Below are positions 51,301 through 64,000 of a DNA stretch of 64,000 bases, in pieces. The position numbers and the translations under genes were made by a program. Within the stretch, counting starts at the first letter, position 1; each line of letters begins with the position of its first letter. The DNA is taken from the NCBI GenBank assembly GCA_053919585.1, contig CM132800.1. The stretch is one strand, 5' to 3'. Origin of the DNA: Euprymna scolopes. Lineage: Eukaryota. The notes below the pieces were generated by a model. The model was not told the DNA's origin. It saw only the letters and a program-made list of their open reading frames with translations, and made no database searches.

Positions 51301-54300
51301 GTGGCTGCGTTGTAGGAGACTCACTACATTTCAGTTGATGATCATCAGGTACTGGAGGGGCATTACAACATCTTTTCAGCGCTCTTTCTGCAGCGGTTAG
51401 CATTGTACATGCTGATGCTGAAGGTAGACTGGTCGTGGTCGATTTTGCTGTTGAAAATAGATTGTTTTGAGTTGTCACAGTTTATGCGCCAAATACCACA
51501 CAAGAGCGGGTTTCCTTTTTTCGGCAATTGGAGATGTTTCTCGGGGGTTCGAAACGGTTAGTCCTAGTGGAATGCCATCCTTGATCCCAGGGTAGATAAC
51601 GTGGGTGGGACTAGTGGGACGGATGGGTGTGACACCAGTCTGTCTGATCCGATGGCTACATGCAATCTAGTCAACAGATTTCCGGTGGATCATCCAGGGA
51701 GGGAGATGTGGACGTAGCTCTCTAGTAGACCCTCCGGTCCAAGTACCTACTTGGATCGGTTGTTAGTCAGAAGAGGCAACCTCGATTACACTACCTGCCC
51801 CCATTCTACTGGTTAGGTGCATTTAACCACAAACTACTTGTGGCCTGGATTAACTTAGATAGAAAATACAAGCTGACCGGGTACTGGAAGTTGAACACCT
51901 CGTTACTAGAGATGACCAACTTCTAGGAAAAGCTAGCTAAACACATCAAGAAGGGTCAGTAACTTGGAATAGGTGGTGGGTTAGTGCCAAAGCTAGCATT
52001 AGGGACTTTTCTGTCAAGTATAGCCAGCGCCTCGCTCTAAACAAGGCTAAGGCGGAGAAGCGTCTAGAGGATAGGTTGGGCCGGGCAGTGGCGGGGGTGG
52101 GACACACACACACACACACGCATTCTAGATAGACCTAGCTAAGGGAGACCTGAACCGTTAAGCTAGCAAGCAGTATCAGGGCCAGATAACTAGGGCTAGC
52201 TTATGTAAGGCATCCAGCAAAGTTGTGAACATTGACGTTCTGAGCTTAGAGCTTCACTCGAGCGCAAATCGGTCAATTAAATTTGTGAGATCCAGAATGC
52301 GGAAGGGCACTCATTAGTATTGTCTCGGGAGATTTGCGAGTGGTTTCAAGTTCACTTCGCAGATCATTTCACACAGCTGTCCAGACTCCGCGTCCAGGAG
52401 TTTGGCAACTATTTGGCTAGCTCCCCACCTGGAGGCGGCTCGAGCAACTAGTTGTGATGGTTGGGTTGCAGAGTGTGAGGTGGTTGCTGCGTTGAAGCAG
52501 GTCAGCCACAACAATTCACCGGGACTCGATGATCTGCCCTATGAATTGTTCCTGAGGCTGTCATACATATTTGTTTCTATTCTGACGGCCATGTTTAACC
52601 ACTGGTTTGACACGGGATCCATCCAGAGTCAGGTTACCATATGAGTGGTCACACTTCTTCAGAAGAAGGACGGGTGTGTTGGGGGGGGGCTAGATGATCA
52701 TAGGCCCATCACGCTCTAAAACGTGAATGTGAAAATTTTGGCCATGGTATGCAGGTCGTTATCACCAACTTGGTCGAATCGGATCAGAATTATGCTGTGA
52801 AGGGGAGATCGATTCAAAACAATCTGCACTTGATACGCATGATCATAGAAAATTTAGAAGACGACACTGAAGCCGCGCTGAACAATTTGGATCAGTCCAA
52901 GGCGTTTGACAGGGTGGACCATCGATTCTTGGGATCTGTTTTGGAGGCGGGCGGGTTTGGGCCTGACTTCCGCAGATGGATCTTCATTCTGTATGTTCGG
53001 CCGACGGCAGTCGTGCAAGTAAACGGGGTGCAGTCGGTGTGTAAGGGATGCCCACTGTCTCTCCTCGCGTTAGAATCTTTCCTGCGCAAGCTGAGGACTG
53101 GGGAGACTGGATTGGCCCTACGCAGAATCGAATTGCCTGGCGGTGCGCGGGCCAGGGTCTCCGCGTTTGCCGATGATGTCACTGTGTATGTATCGAGCCA
53201 TCATGACATTTTTGAGGTGATTAAGGCATTCAAACGGTACGAACAAGTCACACGGGCAGTTGACAATCTCAGCAAGTTTGTTGGCCTGAGGTTGGCCGCC
53301 TGGCAGGGCTTGTTAGCACTGCCTGGCTCTTTTAACTGAACAGACGGCTCGGTTCGCATATTCGGAGTTTGGTTTGGACCGGGTCTCCAGCTCGAAAAAA
53401 AGTGGTCGGAAGTACAGGCAAAGATTGGAGCGTTTGTGAGGACTTGGCTTCGGAGAGGATTGTCTCTTAAAGGTAGAGCGAAGGCGTGTGCTTTCCACTC
53501 ATCCTTTACCGACTGGCTGTACTTCCCCTGCCTGCGGGTCGTCTTGCGGCTTTGACCCAGTTGCTCTGTTCCCTTTTGTGGAATGGGCGGCAGCCGCTCA
53601 TCCGTAGATAGGTCTATACTCAATGTCCAATTGATGAGGAATTGGGAATACAGGATTTGATGAGTCACAAACGTGCTGAAAGACTGGCATTCCTGAGCAG
53701 AACTCTGGTGGGAGAATCTGCATGAGGCTCTGCAGTCAGTAGAGCATTTCCCCACCTCTTCCCTGATCACTCGGTCAAAGGTAGACGTAGACCGAGAAAA
53801 CAACCGCAGTTCTATGATGAATGCCGACAGGCACTCAGAGTGTTGCCAGGATCCAGTGACCTCGCCTGGCCTAGAAAGGCATTTTACAGGGAGTTAGTGG
53901 AGGGGACCACGTCGGATCCGCTAGGGAAGCGGATGTCGAAGGGGAAGGTGCGCTCTCTGTGGAATTGGGCGCCAGGCCGGGGTTATCTGAATAATTCAGA
54001 GTTTTTCCTGACCAGACGACTGGTTAGGAACGCGTTTGTCCTTAATGGCAGGCATCACAGTATCAACCAAAAATCAACCCTAACTGTCCTCAGTGTGAGA
54101 AGGATTACAAGGAAACTGTGGAACGCTTTTTTCGAGTGCTCCAAGCTCCACAAATACTATTCTTATGCTAGCGAGGTCACGGCTCGCATCGTCTCTGACT
54201 AGGTGACGTGCCTGGATTTAGCATCTGTTGTCTACAACGCAGATCCGCTGTGGTCTAAGGAGGAACAAATGGTGTTCCTAGCAACTAGTTTTAAGGAATA

Positions 54301-54436
54301 GACCAAATGAACGGACCCCCCCCCCAACATTCCTTTCAGGCTTTATGCCTAATCATGAAATTGTTACATTTTTTGTTATATAATACTTGCCCGTCAAGTC
54401 CAACAAAATGTAAATTCGGTTTCAATGATAAATAAA
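48327..54436 (+). mobile_element. Near full-length degenerate Tx1/L1-clade LINE (ORF1 RRM-like + CCHC; ORF2 APE, RT, C-terminal Cys motif)
   Basis: ORF1 VSVLGVP..MSQYGDV, RPHCWYCLQQGHMMKECP; ORF2 SLNARG, VYAPN, YLDR, GYWKLNTSLL, SPGLDDLPYE, GRSIQNN, LDQSKAFDRVDH, GCPLS, AFADDVTV; AATAAA at 3' end; 27-bp flanking duplication. Confidence 0.9.
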
Positions 54437-56098
54437 CAGTTCTTTGGCTTTCCTGCCAGCGACGTCCAGAAAACAAAACTTAAAAACTGGCTTGCAGCCA
54501 AAGTTAAGTACGGGATTTTATTCCCCTATGGTGTGATGTTTGACCTCATTAAATTTACGTACCTGTGTCAACTCTTTCACTTAACTTTTTAATCATTTAA
54601 TTTCAACCATTCTCACTTCCACTGCCCTTGTAGTGTCACGGTAAGTTATCACGCTATCACTTTCTTTTCCACCTTCGCCTCAAGGATTCAGGTTCGAGTC
54701 TACCTGTCTACCAAAACTTCCCCCAGACACACACACACACCGACAAACACCTGGCCACCCCCGCTTGTCTATAATAATAAGATATATATATAATAATCTC
54801 ACCTGTCTGTTTAAATGTATGAATGTATGTCTTGCAAAAACTTTCGACAGAGGTGACAGATTTTATGAGATCTGTATCATTTTGAAGCTTGACTCTTCGG
54901 ATGACAAATATCAAAAAATTGGACAAAAACATTACTTCCTTCACCCTCAACTGGGGGCTTTTATACAGGGAGGGTCGGTTTCTTCGCTGACATTTTTTGC
55001 AAGTCGTTCAAAGCTTGCATAAATGATGTTGCATAAAAGGCATTATTTCGACCGCCCATAACGTCATAACCATGGTAGGCTCATCGATAAGATTTTTTTT
55101 CACCTCTTTTTCCTCTGGTGCATTATGAGTACGAGCCTGCTAACTACTATTTTTTTTTATTTTTACGCTCACAATTTTCCTTTTTTTTTGATCAACCAAC
55201 ACCCTTACACACACCTCCACCTTTTTTTCATCTTTGCGTCACAGGTTCGAGCCTGCCTGTCTACTACAACTCCTTTTTTTTATATGCTCAACACACACCT
55301 CCAAACACCGGGCAACGCCGGGCACTTAGGCTACTCAAAATTGAAAAGACATCTTAAAATCAAAACATACTTCGTGTGCCAATCAACTAAAAGAAGATTT
55401 TGAAAGACTTGTAAAGTCTTTAAGGAAGAAATATTTGGTATAATTTTATACCAGTTAATGAAAAACATTTGCTCGCGTCATGAAATTTCATACCGTTTTG
55501 CAAAAAATAAGAAGCTGTTCACCATTGGAGAAGATCTTGTATTTCCAAATTCTACTAAAATGGCAGAAATACTTCATTAAAGTAAATATAGTGATGATAT
55601 TTGAAAAATTCCTCTGTCAAATGATACTGTCGCAAATAGAATTTCTGAAATTAATAGAGATCAATTATTGCAACTAATTGAAAGAATTAAAGCCGAACAT
55701 GTTCAATTCAGTTGGATGAAACAACTGATATGAATAATTTGGCTCAGTCGTTGGTATATGTCAGGTATGTTTATAAAAGAAAACGTGGAGGAAGCATTAT
55801 TATTTTGACGCTCTTTAAAAGATCATACTGAAGAGAAAGACATACGTTGTAAAGTTAATGAATTTCTAAAAACTGTAGGTTTAGAATGGAAAAGTTGCTG
55901 TGGAGTATGCACAGATGGCACAAAAACGATGATGGGCAAAAAATATTGGTTTTAAATCATTTTTTTTAAGCTGCTAAGTATAATCACATAACTTTTACTC
56001 ACTGCCTTATTCATCGGGAGGCCTTTGCAGCAAAAAAAGTAGCACCAGAATTAAACGATGTGCTTCAGGATAAATTTTGTTAAGACTCATGTCCTTAA

Positions 56099-56389
56099 GA
56101 AATGCTGATTTTCAAATCTCTGTACGGATACGGATTTCCACTATACACAACTGCATTAGGTGATTGGCTCACGGAACTACGTAAAAATAAAGATTTTGAA
56201 TTAAAATCATCAATAGTAGATAAAGCTAGAACGTATAAACCGAGTAAACCAAAAAGATGTAATCTATGTTTACTTGAAGCATACCACATAGTGAATCATA
56301 AAGAAGAAATTTTAAACAAAAAGTTAGATGTTTTACAAAGTTGTCTTCATAGAAATAAATTTCTGTTATCACACCTAAAACCTGATTAA
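56099..56389 (+). mobile_element. Penelope-like element, C-terminal part of the GIY-YIG region
   Basis: TALGDWLTELR..IVDKARTYKP..KRCNLCLLEAYHI..LNKK..SCLHRNKFLL. Confidence 0.75.
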
Positions 56390-56859
56390 AAGAAAAATGC
56401 AATGATCTGATTTTAATCTCCAATCTCCTCAATGGTCATTATGATATACCTTGCACCAGAAAGAGGTCTACACAAACACTACAAAAATATATTTCACCAT
56501 TGATTTTAATTAAATAGGAGGAGAAACACTTTCTTAATTAGGATCCCTTGACCTTGAATTTGGATCAGTGTTAGGATACTGTATCCTCTTGTGTAAAGTT
56601 CTAACACAGTTTTCTTACATGGCAACTGAAGCATGCTTGTTTTATCTTTTGCCAAATAAATTCAATTCAATTGAATACTCTTTGAAGTCACAAACATACT
56701 TATATGCCCCAATAATTGCAGTCTAAAATCTAATGGTAAAGTTAAATGATGCAATGACTTCACCAAGTTTAGCGAAAGCATAAAATGAGAAATTTCTTAA
56801 CTACCACAGAAAGTAGCATCCGATCTAGAGTCCAGTACATAAATTCAAAATGGAGTTGG

Positions 56860-57690
56860 AGTGAACAGTTAAAGTCTTATTTCAGAAAGAATTGACCTGT
56901 GAGGATGGCATGATACTGCAGCGAAGCATGATTGTTATCCCTCCTCCGACAGGTGAAGAGGAAAAGTGCATCTAAACCAGATTCATGTAGGCATTGTGAG
57001 AACGAAAAGTATTGGTATGTGTAGTGGCCAAAACTGGATGAGACAATCATCAAAGGGAGTTATAAAACTGTTAGCTTGGAAATCAGCCCGAGGAAAGGAT
57101 TTATGTCGACTATGCTGGTTCAGTTTGATTATGATAGTGCCTACTCCAATGGATAAGCTATTCATAATGAAGGCATCTACTGCTTCAGTCATCATCGAGA
57201 AATTGAGAGGAATCTTTGTAACACATGATTTACCTCTGCTGGTTGTGAGTGACAATAGCTTTTATTTCTTCAACAATGAACTCAAAAAGGTTTTAGAGTC
57301 CAATGTGGTTAGACATATATTTATAGCTCCCTAGCATTCCTCCTTCAATAGACAGGTTGAATGCAACATGCATACATTTAGAAAAACAATAAATCGGATG
57401 GACAGACATGAAAAAATCCGTTGAAACAAACGTTGTGTAAAATTCCTGTTTACATTCAGGGCAACTCCCCACAATGTTACTGAGATTTTTCCAGCCAAAT
57501 TATTGTTCAAGCAAGAGTTATGAACAGCATTCCATGTGTTGTAGAAAGACAAGTATAAGAACATTGGTTACAATTAAAAACGGAGAAAGGTACTTTCCAA
57601 AAGTTTGCTGTGAATGATTGTTGTGAGATATTTTGGCCCTAGCCAACAATGAATGGAAACCATTATTAGGTGGCAAATGGGTAATATAAA
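56860..57690 (+). mobile_element. Gypsy integrase fragment
   Basis: HVGIVRTK, IEKLRGIFVTHDLPLLVVSDNS..HIFIAP.HSSFNRQVE, FRATPH. Confidence 0.75.
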
Positions 57691-57709
57691 AAAAATATTT
57701 AATATTTTT

Positions 57710-57885
57710 AAAAGAAAAGGACAAGATATTTTAGTAAAAAATATAATAAATTTATAACTTAAAATATTGCAGCATTAAGAATTGATTATATAATGTTAAA
57801 TTGAATTTTAAAAAATTCTTAATGCGGCAATATTTTAAGTTATAAATTTATTATATTTTTTACTAGAATATCATCCTTTTCTTTT
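57710..57885. repeat. Long inverted repeat (59-bp core arms 57725-57783 / 57814-57872, 2 mismatches, 30-nt spacer)
   Basis: gatatt(t/c)tagtaaaaaatataataaatttataacttaaaatattgc(a/c)gcattaagaatt and its reverse complement. Confidence 0.9.
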
Positions 57886-58455
57886 CCAGTTTTAACAACT
57901 AGTCCTTTACTTTTCCATGTTTAAGCTTCACCATATTACTTTTCATGCTTGCATTTTTCTATTGCAAGCCATGATTTTTCCAGGCTTCCAATAAATTCAC
58001 TTGTTCTTTGTTTAATTTAAGTCTTATTTTTTTTTGCCCCCATAAACACATATGTAATAACAATGTACGGCACTCGTCTGCTTTCAACAAGATCACCCAA
58101 TTATCTCCCTTCCATGCTTTCATTCTCTCTGTTTCATTTGTTACTTTTCTTTTCGAATTTGTAGTAACAGTTGTCGCTGAAGCGATTTGGTTGCTATGGA
58201 AACCAGTCATAAAAAACATCGCTCACCTCCTTACATATTTTTATGATTTTGAACACCAGAAAATTCATCATAACTTTTGTTTTACTGAACAAAAATTGAA
58301 CATTTTTTTTCACAAAATAGCTGAGAAGGCGATCTATAAACTGTAATAATTGCTTGAAATTTGGTCGAAAAATGAGTGAACGTTGAAGTTTTAAAGCAGT
58401 TCTAAATGACTAAAACTGCCATTTAACCATATAGTCAAACATTACCGTGTGTTAA

Positions 58456-58457
<2 letters not shown>

Positions 58458-58541
<84 letters not shown>
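58458..58541. repeat. (TA)n microsatellite
   Basis: Direct read. Confidence 0.95.
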
Positions 58542-58543
<2 letters not shown>

Positions 58544-58559
58544 AGACTTCCTCTGGATG

Positions 58560-59460
58560 AATGAGATTAAGAAAACCTTTGTTATGTACATTAATGTTTT
58601 TTTTATCTTGTTGAGTAAATCTCCGAGTTCTTTATATGAGAGGTGCTGATAGTGACCTGTAGTGGAGTCAAGGTGTTGGACATGGCCGTGCAATTTTGTG
58701 TGTTGCACTACCGATGCCAGATATTATAGGACGCATAAGGATATCCGGTTTGTGAGTTTTGGAGAGGCCATATAATGACGGAACATTGGGATGGTATTCA
58801 ATGTATGAAGTCCAAGTTTTGTTACTTTTTATAAGTTTTTTTAAAAGATTTGTTGAAAGTCTCAACACTTCTATTTACTGTCTTTAAATCAGTGTTGGTA
58901 TATGTGTTTTCGTCTGCTAGCAGTGGGGAAACTTTCTCCAGATATCTTTTTCTATTTTTACTATACCACCACCTTTATCAGCTGGTGATATAATTATGTT
59001 CTTGTTATTCGCTAAGTATTTCAAGGCATCTATGTATCTCTTTCGAAGTACAGTTTCGTAGGGCTGAGTAGCTGCGACTGAAATAACACCCTGTATGAAA
59101 CCTTTTTTAAAATCTGTGTCTTCATGTTTATAATTCTTCAAAATTGTGCTGGTGGTAATATTCGAATGTATGCCAGTTGCAAATTTTAGTCCAAAACTGA
59201 GAGCTTCAATTTTGATGTTTGAGAGTTCTTTAGTGGTAAGATTTTGTATTAGATCCGGCCATCCTATGGTTCTCCATTTGCTGTTTGAGATTAATTTTGT
59301 AAGTTTATTCTCTAGTTTGAAACAATGGTGGGTGTTGAATTTTTGAATTAATTTGTTTATATTTGTGAAAGATTTGTGTATTGTTGTGTGAGTCTGTTGT
59401 AGGTTGATAGCTAATGTTTGGGCTTCATGGAATAAATAAGAGTTTTTCTTATCTGCAAGT
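58560..59460 (-). mobile_element. Penelope-like element RT N-terminal fragment
   Basis: IIISPADKGGGIV and PSLYGLSKTHKPDILMRPIISGIGSATH motifs. Confidence 0.8.
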
Positions 59461-59469
59461 TGAATAGAT

Positions 59470-60304
59470 TAAGTTCTGTTAAATGTTGAACCATTTAATC
59501 AATTAGCTGGGAATACTACTCTATATCACATTATTGCTAAGTTCCAGTCATGTCAAATCTTGCATGACTTTAGCAGTAATATTTAGCACACTCCTACTAT
59601 CCTCTTGGTAAAGTCAGTAGATTGTCTTAGATTATTTTAGTGTATGGCTTATCAATCCTTTTCGGATAATTTAACGCTGAATCCAGATATTTTGGAAAAA
59701 GTTTTAGACTTCAAGTTCTTTATATTTTCAAATATTTATTCATGGAGTTTGTTTTTTTATGGCATACCAACCCTTTTTAGGTTATTTAATGTTGAATCCA
59801 GTAATTTGGGAAAAGTTTTTCATATTTTGAAACATTTATTCATGTCATTTGCTTTAGTTGCTTTGTAGAGGGAAATCATTTTTGACTTTGTAGAACATTA
59901 TGTTTTGGAAAGGGAAAGGAAAAAACCCAATAATATCAATGTTTGGTGCATTTTAGGCCAACAAGCCAGTATCTTCAGACAGCCTGATTTGGTAGCACCA
60001 AAAAAGTTAATAAACTGTGAGTAATGTGGTGAGGATACTTTTACAGAAACGTATATTTTATAGAGAAGTCTTCAAATCCTCCACTTGTAAATTGTGGACC
60101 ATTATCTGCATAGAAGTTCTTTGGTGTGCTTCTTTCTTGGTATATTGTCGTCATATTTTTTTATAATGGCTCTCGATAAGGTAGAGTGAAGGTGGCAGAT
60201 GAATGGGCCTTGTCTATATTGATCTACTAGCAGCAAGTATTTATTTCCTGCCATTATAATGTTTTGTCCTTTTGTTTCACGGCACATTAACCCTTTTAGG
60301 GTTT

Positions 60305-60335
<31 letters not shown>

Positions 60336-62480
60336 TATATTCATGGTGTTTGGTTTGGATTAGTTGTTTTGTTTTATAGCATATCAACCCTTTTAGGGTT
60401 TTTTTTATGCAGAATCCGGTATTTTGTGAAATTTTATACTTCAAGTTCTTTATATCTTCAAATATTTATTCATGGTGTTTGGTTTGGTTTGGTTGTTTTG
60501 ATTTTATGGCATATAAACCCTGTTCAGGTTCAATCATTTTGACAAAAGTTTTTATGCTTCAAGTTTATTTTTTCAAATATTTATTCATGATGTTTAGTTT
60601 GGTTGTTTTTTAATGAAAAATTGTTGGTTTTGTTTTTCGTTTTGCAAAAGAACGTAAAAAAAAAACAATAACATCAATGTTTGCTGCATTTAAGTCAGGA
60701 AGCAAATATCTTCAGACAGCCTGATCTGGTAACACCAGATGTCATTATAAAATGATCAACACTGACATATTGTCAAGGATAGGTAAGCATTTTATGTAGG
60801 AGCATGAATTCAACTGGGACCCATGTTTGATACTTTTGGCAAGTGCGACAATTGGCCGTAACATCCTCAATATCCCTATTCATCCCTGCTCAGAATATAC
60901 ATTATAAAATAGAAATAAATAACATTGTAAAATATTTTCTCATGTAGGGTTTCCTTGGCACATCACTATTATTGGAAAAGTTTGGAAAACACTGTTGTAA
61001 GTAGCAGCTGTCGGAGTGCTTCGTCATGATCACTATCACCTTCTTCTGAAAGCACCGAGGATCATATCATCACATATGAAAATGACAGTTTTTAGGCAAT
61101 CAAAGTTTTCTGCCATAGTTTGCTGAAATTTGTCCTGGGCACACTTTATCCTTAATGAGAAACCTGTTGAACATATACGGTCCAAAGGGGATTGTTTATA
61201 AACTCTTTATCTGCGTTCAAGTGCCAGTATCCTGATTTGATTTCAATTGTAAACCATCTTGCACAACACAGTTGAAATGTGATATCTTCAAATATTGGGG
61301 TGACAAAATGTGGTTCGAGAACTTCTTTAAATATGGCCACTTGAGTCTAACAAAGTTTGAACGACCATTGAACTTAAACATATATACAAATGAATTAACC
61401 CAGAGTGTGAGCTCTGTCACTGGAGATATGATGCCTTGGTTTACCAGGGAGTTCAGCTCTGCTTTTAATTTTTCCTTGAAAGTTATTGGTATTCATCAAG
61501 GTGGGTATTGTCAGATCTACTACTCTATTCACCAGGCAAACAAATTCTCAAATTATTTTGTGCCTTGTTTGAAAATTTCCTTTTAAACTCGATCTTGGCA
61601 CTGGAATTGGTTTCTTGTTGTGAAGAGGTCTCAACATTTGGTCAAGGGTTTTTGTGGTTGAAGCATCAGCCTTTGGAGACACAACTTTCATGATGTTTGG
61701 AGCCCTAGCAACGTCGGTCTCTCAGAATTTATAACATGGAATCTTGCACCAACAAACCGGTGATGGAATCTTACTTCTAGCTGACATGTCCCTTGCTATT
61801 CAATTGTGGTTCTTCCAAAAGCAAATGGTCACATCGCAATCTTTTTAAGAGATTATTCATTTAGTTTATTATTAAATCTATTCTGGATTGTCCATAGTAC
61901 TTGTATCTACTTTTTTCATGTTGCTAATTTTGAGCATATGCATTTGTAGTATTAGAAGTTATCAATTGAATAAAAATAAATATCCTTACTAGAGTTGCTA
62001 TTGCTTCTGTTTTTGTGCCATTTTAGCTCTTCATTTTTGTTAACAGAAAATGTTGGCAAAGTGTCCATTTCCATTATATATTTTCCTTTTGCTGGACATC
62101 CTCTTCAATAATGGCTTCTATCACAAAATTTGCAAACTTTTTCTTTAAATGAATTGCATATGCACTTATTTTTCTAACAGGCTACAAATAGTAAAATTTT
62201 TTTGTTTGCTTCATCTGTTTTTGTTATATCAATGCTTTTGTGAGTTTCTTTTCCTTCGTCCCCAAAGAATTCTAGGTTGATTTCAAATTATATCGAATAT
62301 ATAAAGATTGACTATCAATGTCTCTTCAATGATAGGATCATACTTGCATTGTTTAATTATTGGACAAAGGTGCTTAAGGTGCCAATTTGTTTGATTCTTG
62401 CTGATATTGTAGCAGTTAGTGTCTGGCTACATAAAAATTGCTGAAAGGGCATAACATCTTAGATACACTACTTCCTCCTA
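59470..62480 (-). mobile_element. Highly degenerate Gypsy element (gag knuckle, protease, RT, integrase), interrupted by SINE-like repeats
   Basis: CPAKG..GHFA, KVDT, WVNSFV, KSGYWH, ICDDMI, GMNRDIE..CRTCQ, YLLLVDQY, DNGPQF, SSPHYSQ. Confidence 0.7.
59625..60745 (-). repeat. Two SINE-like insertions (~59625-60005 and ~60270-60745) with tandemly reiterated ends
   Basis: About five copies of tatggc(a)tatcaaccc..ggttatttaatg..gaatcc; shared atcaatgtttg..tatcttcagacagcctgat segment; related to 33657-33931. Confidence 0.6.
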
Positions 62481-63399
62481 AAAAAGTGTTTCACACTCAG
62501 TAATGTACCTTGAAAATCTGGCCTTTGAGAATTTTATATTTTAAACTTACAAAAATGTTGATCAACACATAAGAAAATCTGAAAAGAGATTTCTTTTATT
62601 GAAATATGTTTATTTACAGAAATGATTAATAGTCAAAATTAAATTTTGGCACTTGTGCAGTTTAACATACTGAAGCAAATTTAGAAATCTAATCTTAACA
62701 TGGAAGAGGGTTTTTGTTAACTCTTCCCTTGCATGGACAGAACTCTCCTAAAAATGAACACAATTAACTTTCTGGAGGATGCTAAACTGCATTAGTTCCC
62801 AAAATATTGCTTTATAAATAGAAAATACAAATTAAATAAAATAGATGTTATGGAATTTTTTTTTCTTCATTTATTTTTTACTTTTAACATATTTACAAAG
62901 GAAACATATATTTGTCCAAAAATATAAATTTTAAAGAAATAAATGTTTATTTAAAAAGAAAAAAAAATTTGTTTCGCTTTTAAAATTACAAATTTAAATG
63001 CACCAAAAAGAAAAAATTACAAATTTAAATTTCACCAAAAAGAAATAAACTCTAATTTTTGTTCCTTTTTTTTTATAAATAGAAATTAAATAAAATAAGC
63101 ATTAAATATCATAGCCAGAGGAGAATGCGAGAACAAATTCGGTATGTGCATTAAAATGATTTTATGATATTCCTTTAATGTCATTAAATGAGAAATTATT
63201 TTGAGTTTAAATCCACTTAGTATTACGTATGTAAACTTGAGAAAAACATGTTTAAAATGTGTCCACATTATGTGAATAAGCGAAATTGAAACAAGATCGC
63301 AGCTAAATTTGATCTGATGTGTGATTTCACCTATTCACACAAGGTTGATACATTTCAAGCGTGTTTTTTTACGTTTACATGCGTAAATACGCAAAAATA

Positions 63400-64000
63400 T
63401 GCGCGCTTGCACGTACAACAATGGCCACTACTAATAGCATAAAGAATTACATTGTTTAATATCTGGAAAACTATTTATTTGTGAAAAATTTAAATGCGCC
63501 CCAACACCGTCAAGAAAACAGCTCAACACTGGTCTAGAAATGGTTGGTGTCTCTCCATAGTGTGGCCCAACATAGTCGTGTGAGCAATGCCAAACAGAAA
63601 CTCAAGAAAGTGATGAACACATACAAATCCGCCCTGGCAGAAGCCTACGATGTTGAAGGGGATATGCTCGATACATCTGATTCTTATTTTGAGAAAAATG
63701 ATATCCAGTGGAAGGCTGCAGAGTTGGATCGACTGCATGATTTGATGCGAGAAAAACTGAAAATAGCTCTCAGAAGATCCAAATATTGACTCTGGTACTG
63801 GACAAATGGTCACATAAATTTGCTGCTCATCAATTTGGAGTGAGTGAGTACCTGATTCGAACAGCCCAAGATCTGAAAAAGGTTGGTGGCATTATAGCAA
63901 CACCAGATACAAAGAAAGGAAAATCCTTTCCTCAGGAAACTCTTGACCTAGTACTGAGTTTTTATGAAGATGATTAATACAGTTGCCAGATGCTAGGTAA
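63400..64000 (+). mobile_element. N-terminal part of a DNA-transposon transposase, tentatively Sola2-like; truncated by the window edge
   Basis: Frameshifted ORFs 63544-63789 and 63786-63977: QILTLVLDKWS..FGVSEYLIRTAQDLKKVGGIIATP..KGK..VLSFYEDD. Confidence 0.55.

Larger units (their letters stand above)
46648..55334 (+). mobile_element. Non-autonomous Helitron-like insert (two tandem units ending ~54771 and 55334), hosting an LTR and a Tx1 LINE
   Basis: Sits between A and T of the hAT ORF with no TSD; 3' hairpin ccgggcaacgccggg then CTAC-T (CTAG-like); 54690-54765 is homologous to 55241-55325. Confidence 0.6.
46114..56098 (+). mobile_element. hAT (Charlie/ZBED-like) transposon remnant in two pieces, 46114-46647 and 55335-56098
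   Basis: End tagggcttttaaaactatgggtggcgatccc; RKRKYCKSFLQFDFT..CLICKELFATESMKL | SKLKRHL; PLSNDTV..RI, QLDETTD..AQ..VYVRY, CTDG..MMG, HCLIHREA. Confidence 0.85.

Noticed and set aside
57890-58440. Minus-strand transposase N-terminus
   Set aside because: Lys-rich ORF without a diagnostic motif that I could confirm.

Overview
AT-rich metazoan (invertebrate, possibly lophotrochozoan/mollusc; low confidence) genomic window with no intact host gene visible. It is a dense, nested graveyard of degenerate transposons: R4-like, RTE, CR1 and Tx1/L1 LINEs, Penelope-like elements, several Ty3/Gypsy elements and solo LTRs, Helitrons/Helentron-like elements, mariner, maT, hAT, a probable Sola-like transposase and a 5S-rRNA-derived SINE. 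The non-TE backbone is a locally multiplied, apparently pseudogenised zinc-finger gene (C2H2 + C2HC fingers, possible PHD-like remnant) with copies at ~2.5-3.8 kb, ~16.6-17.2 kb and inside a recent ~5.33-kb head-to-tail triplication (30267-42874). Each unit of that array carries a minimal Penelope-type hammerhead ribozyme motif and reiterated zinc-finger modules. Other notable structures: a Tx1-clade LINE with a 27-bp flanking duplication inside a Helitron-like insert that splits a hAT transposase, a twin-primed RTE, solo LTRs with exact 4-bp TSDs, and two long fold-back hairpins. One assembly gap (10069-10232). All identities and family calls were made by eye, without searches.
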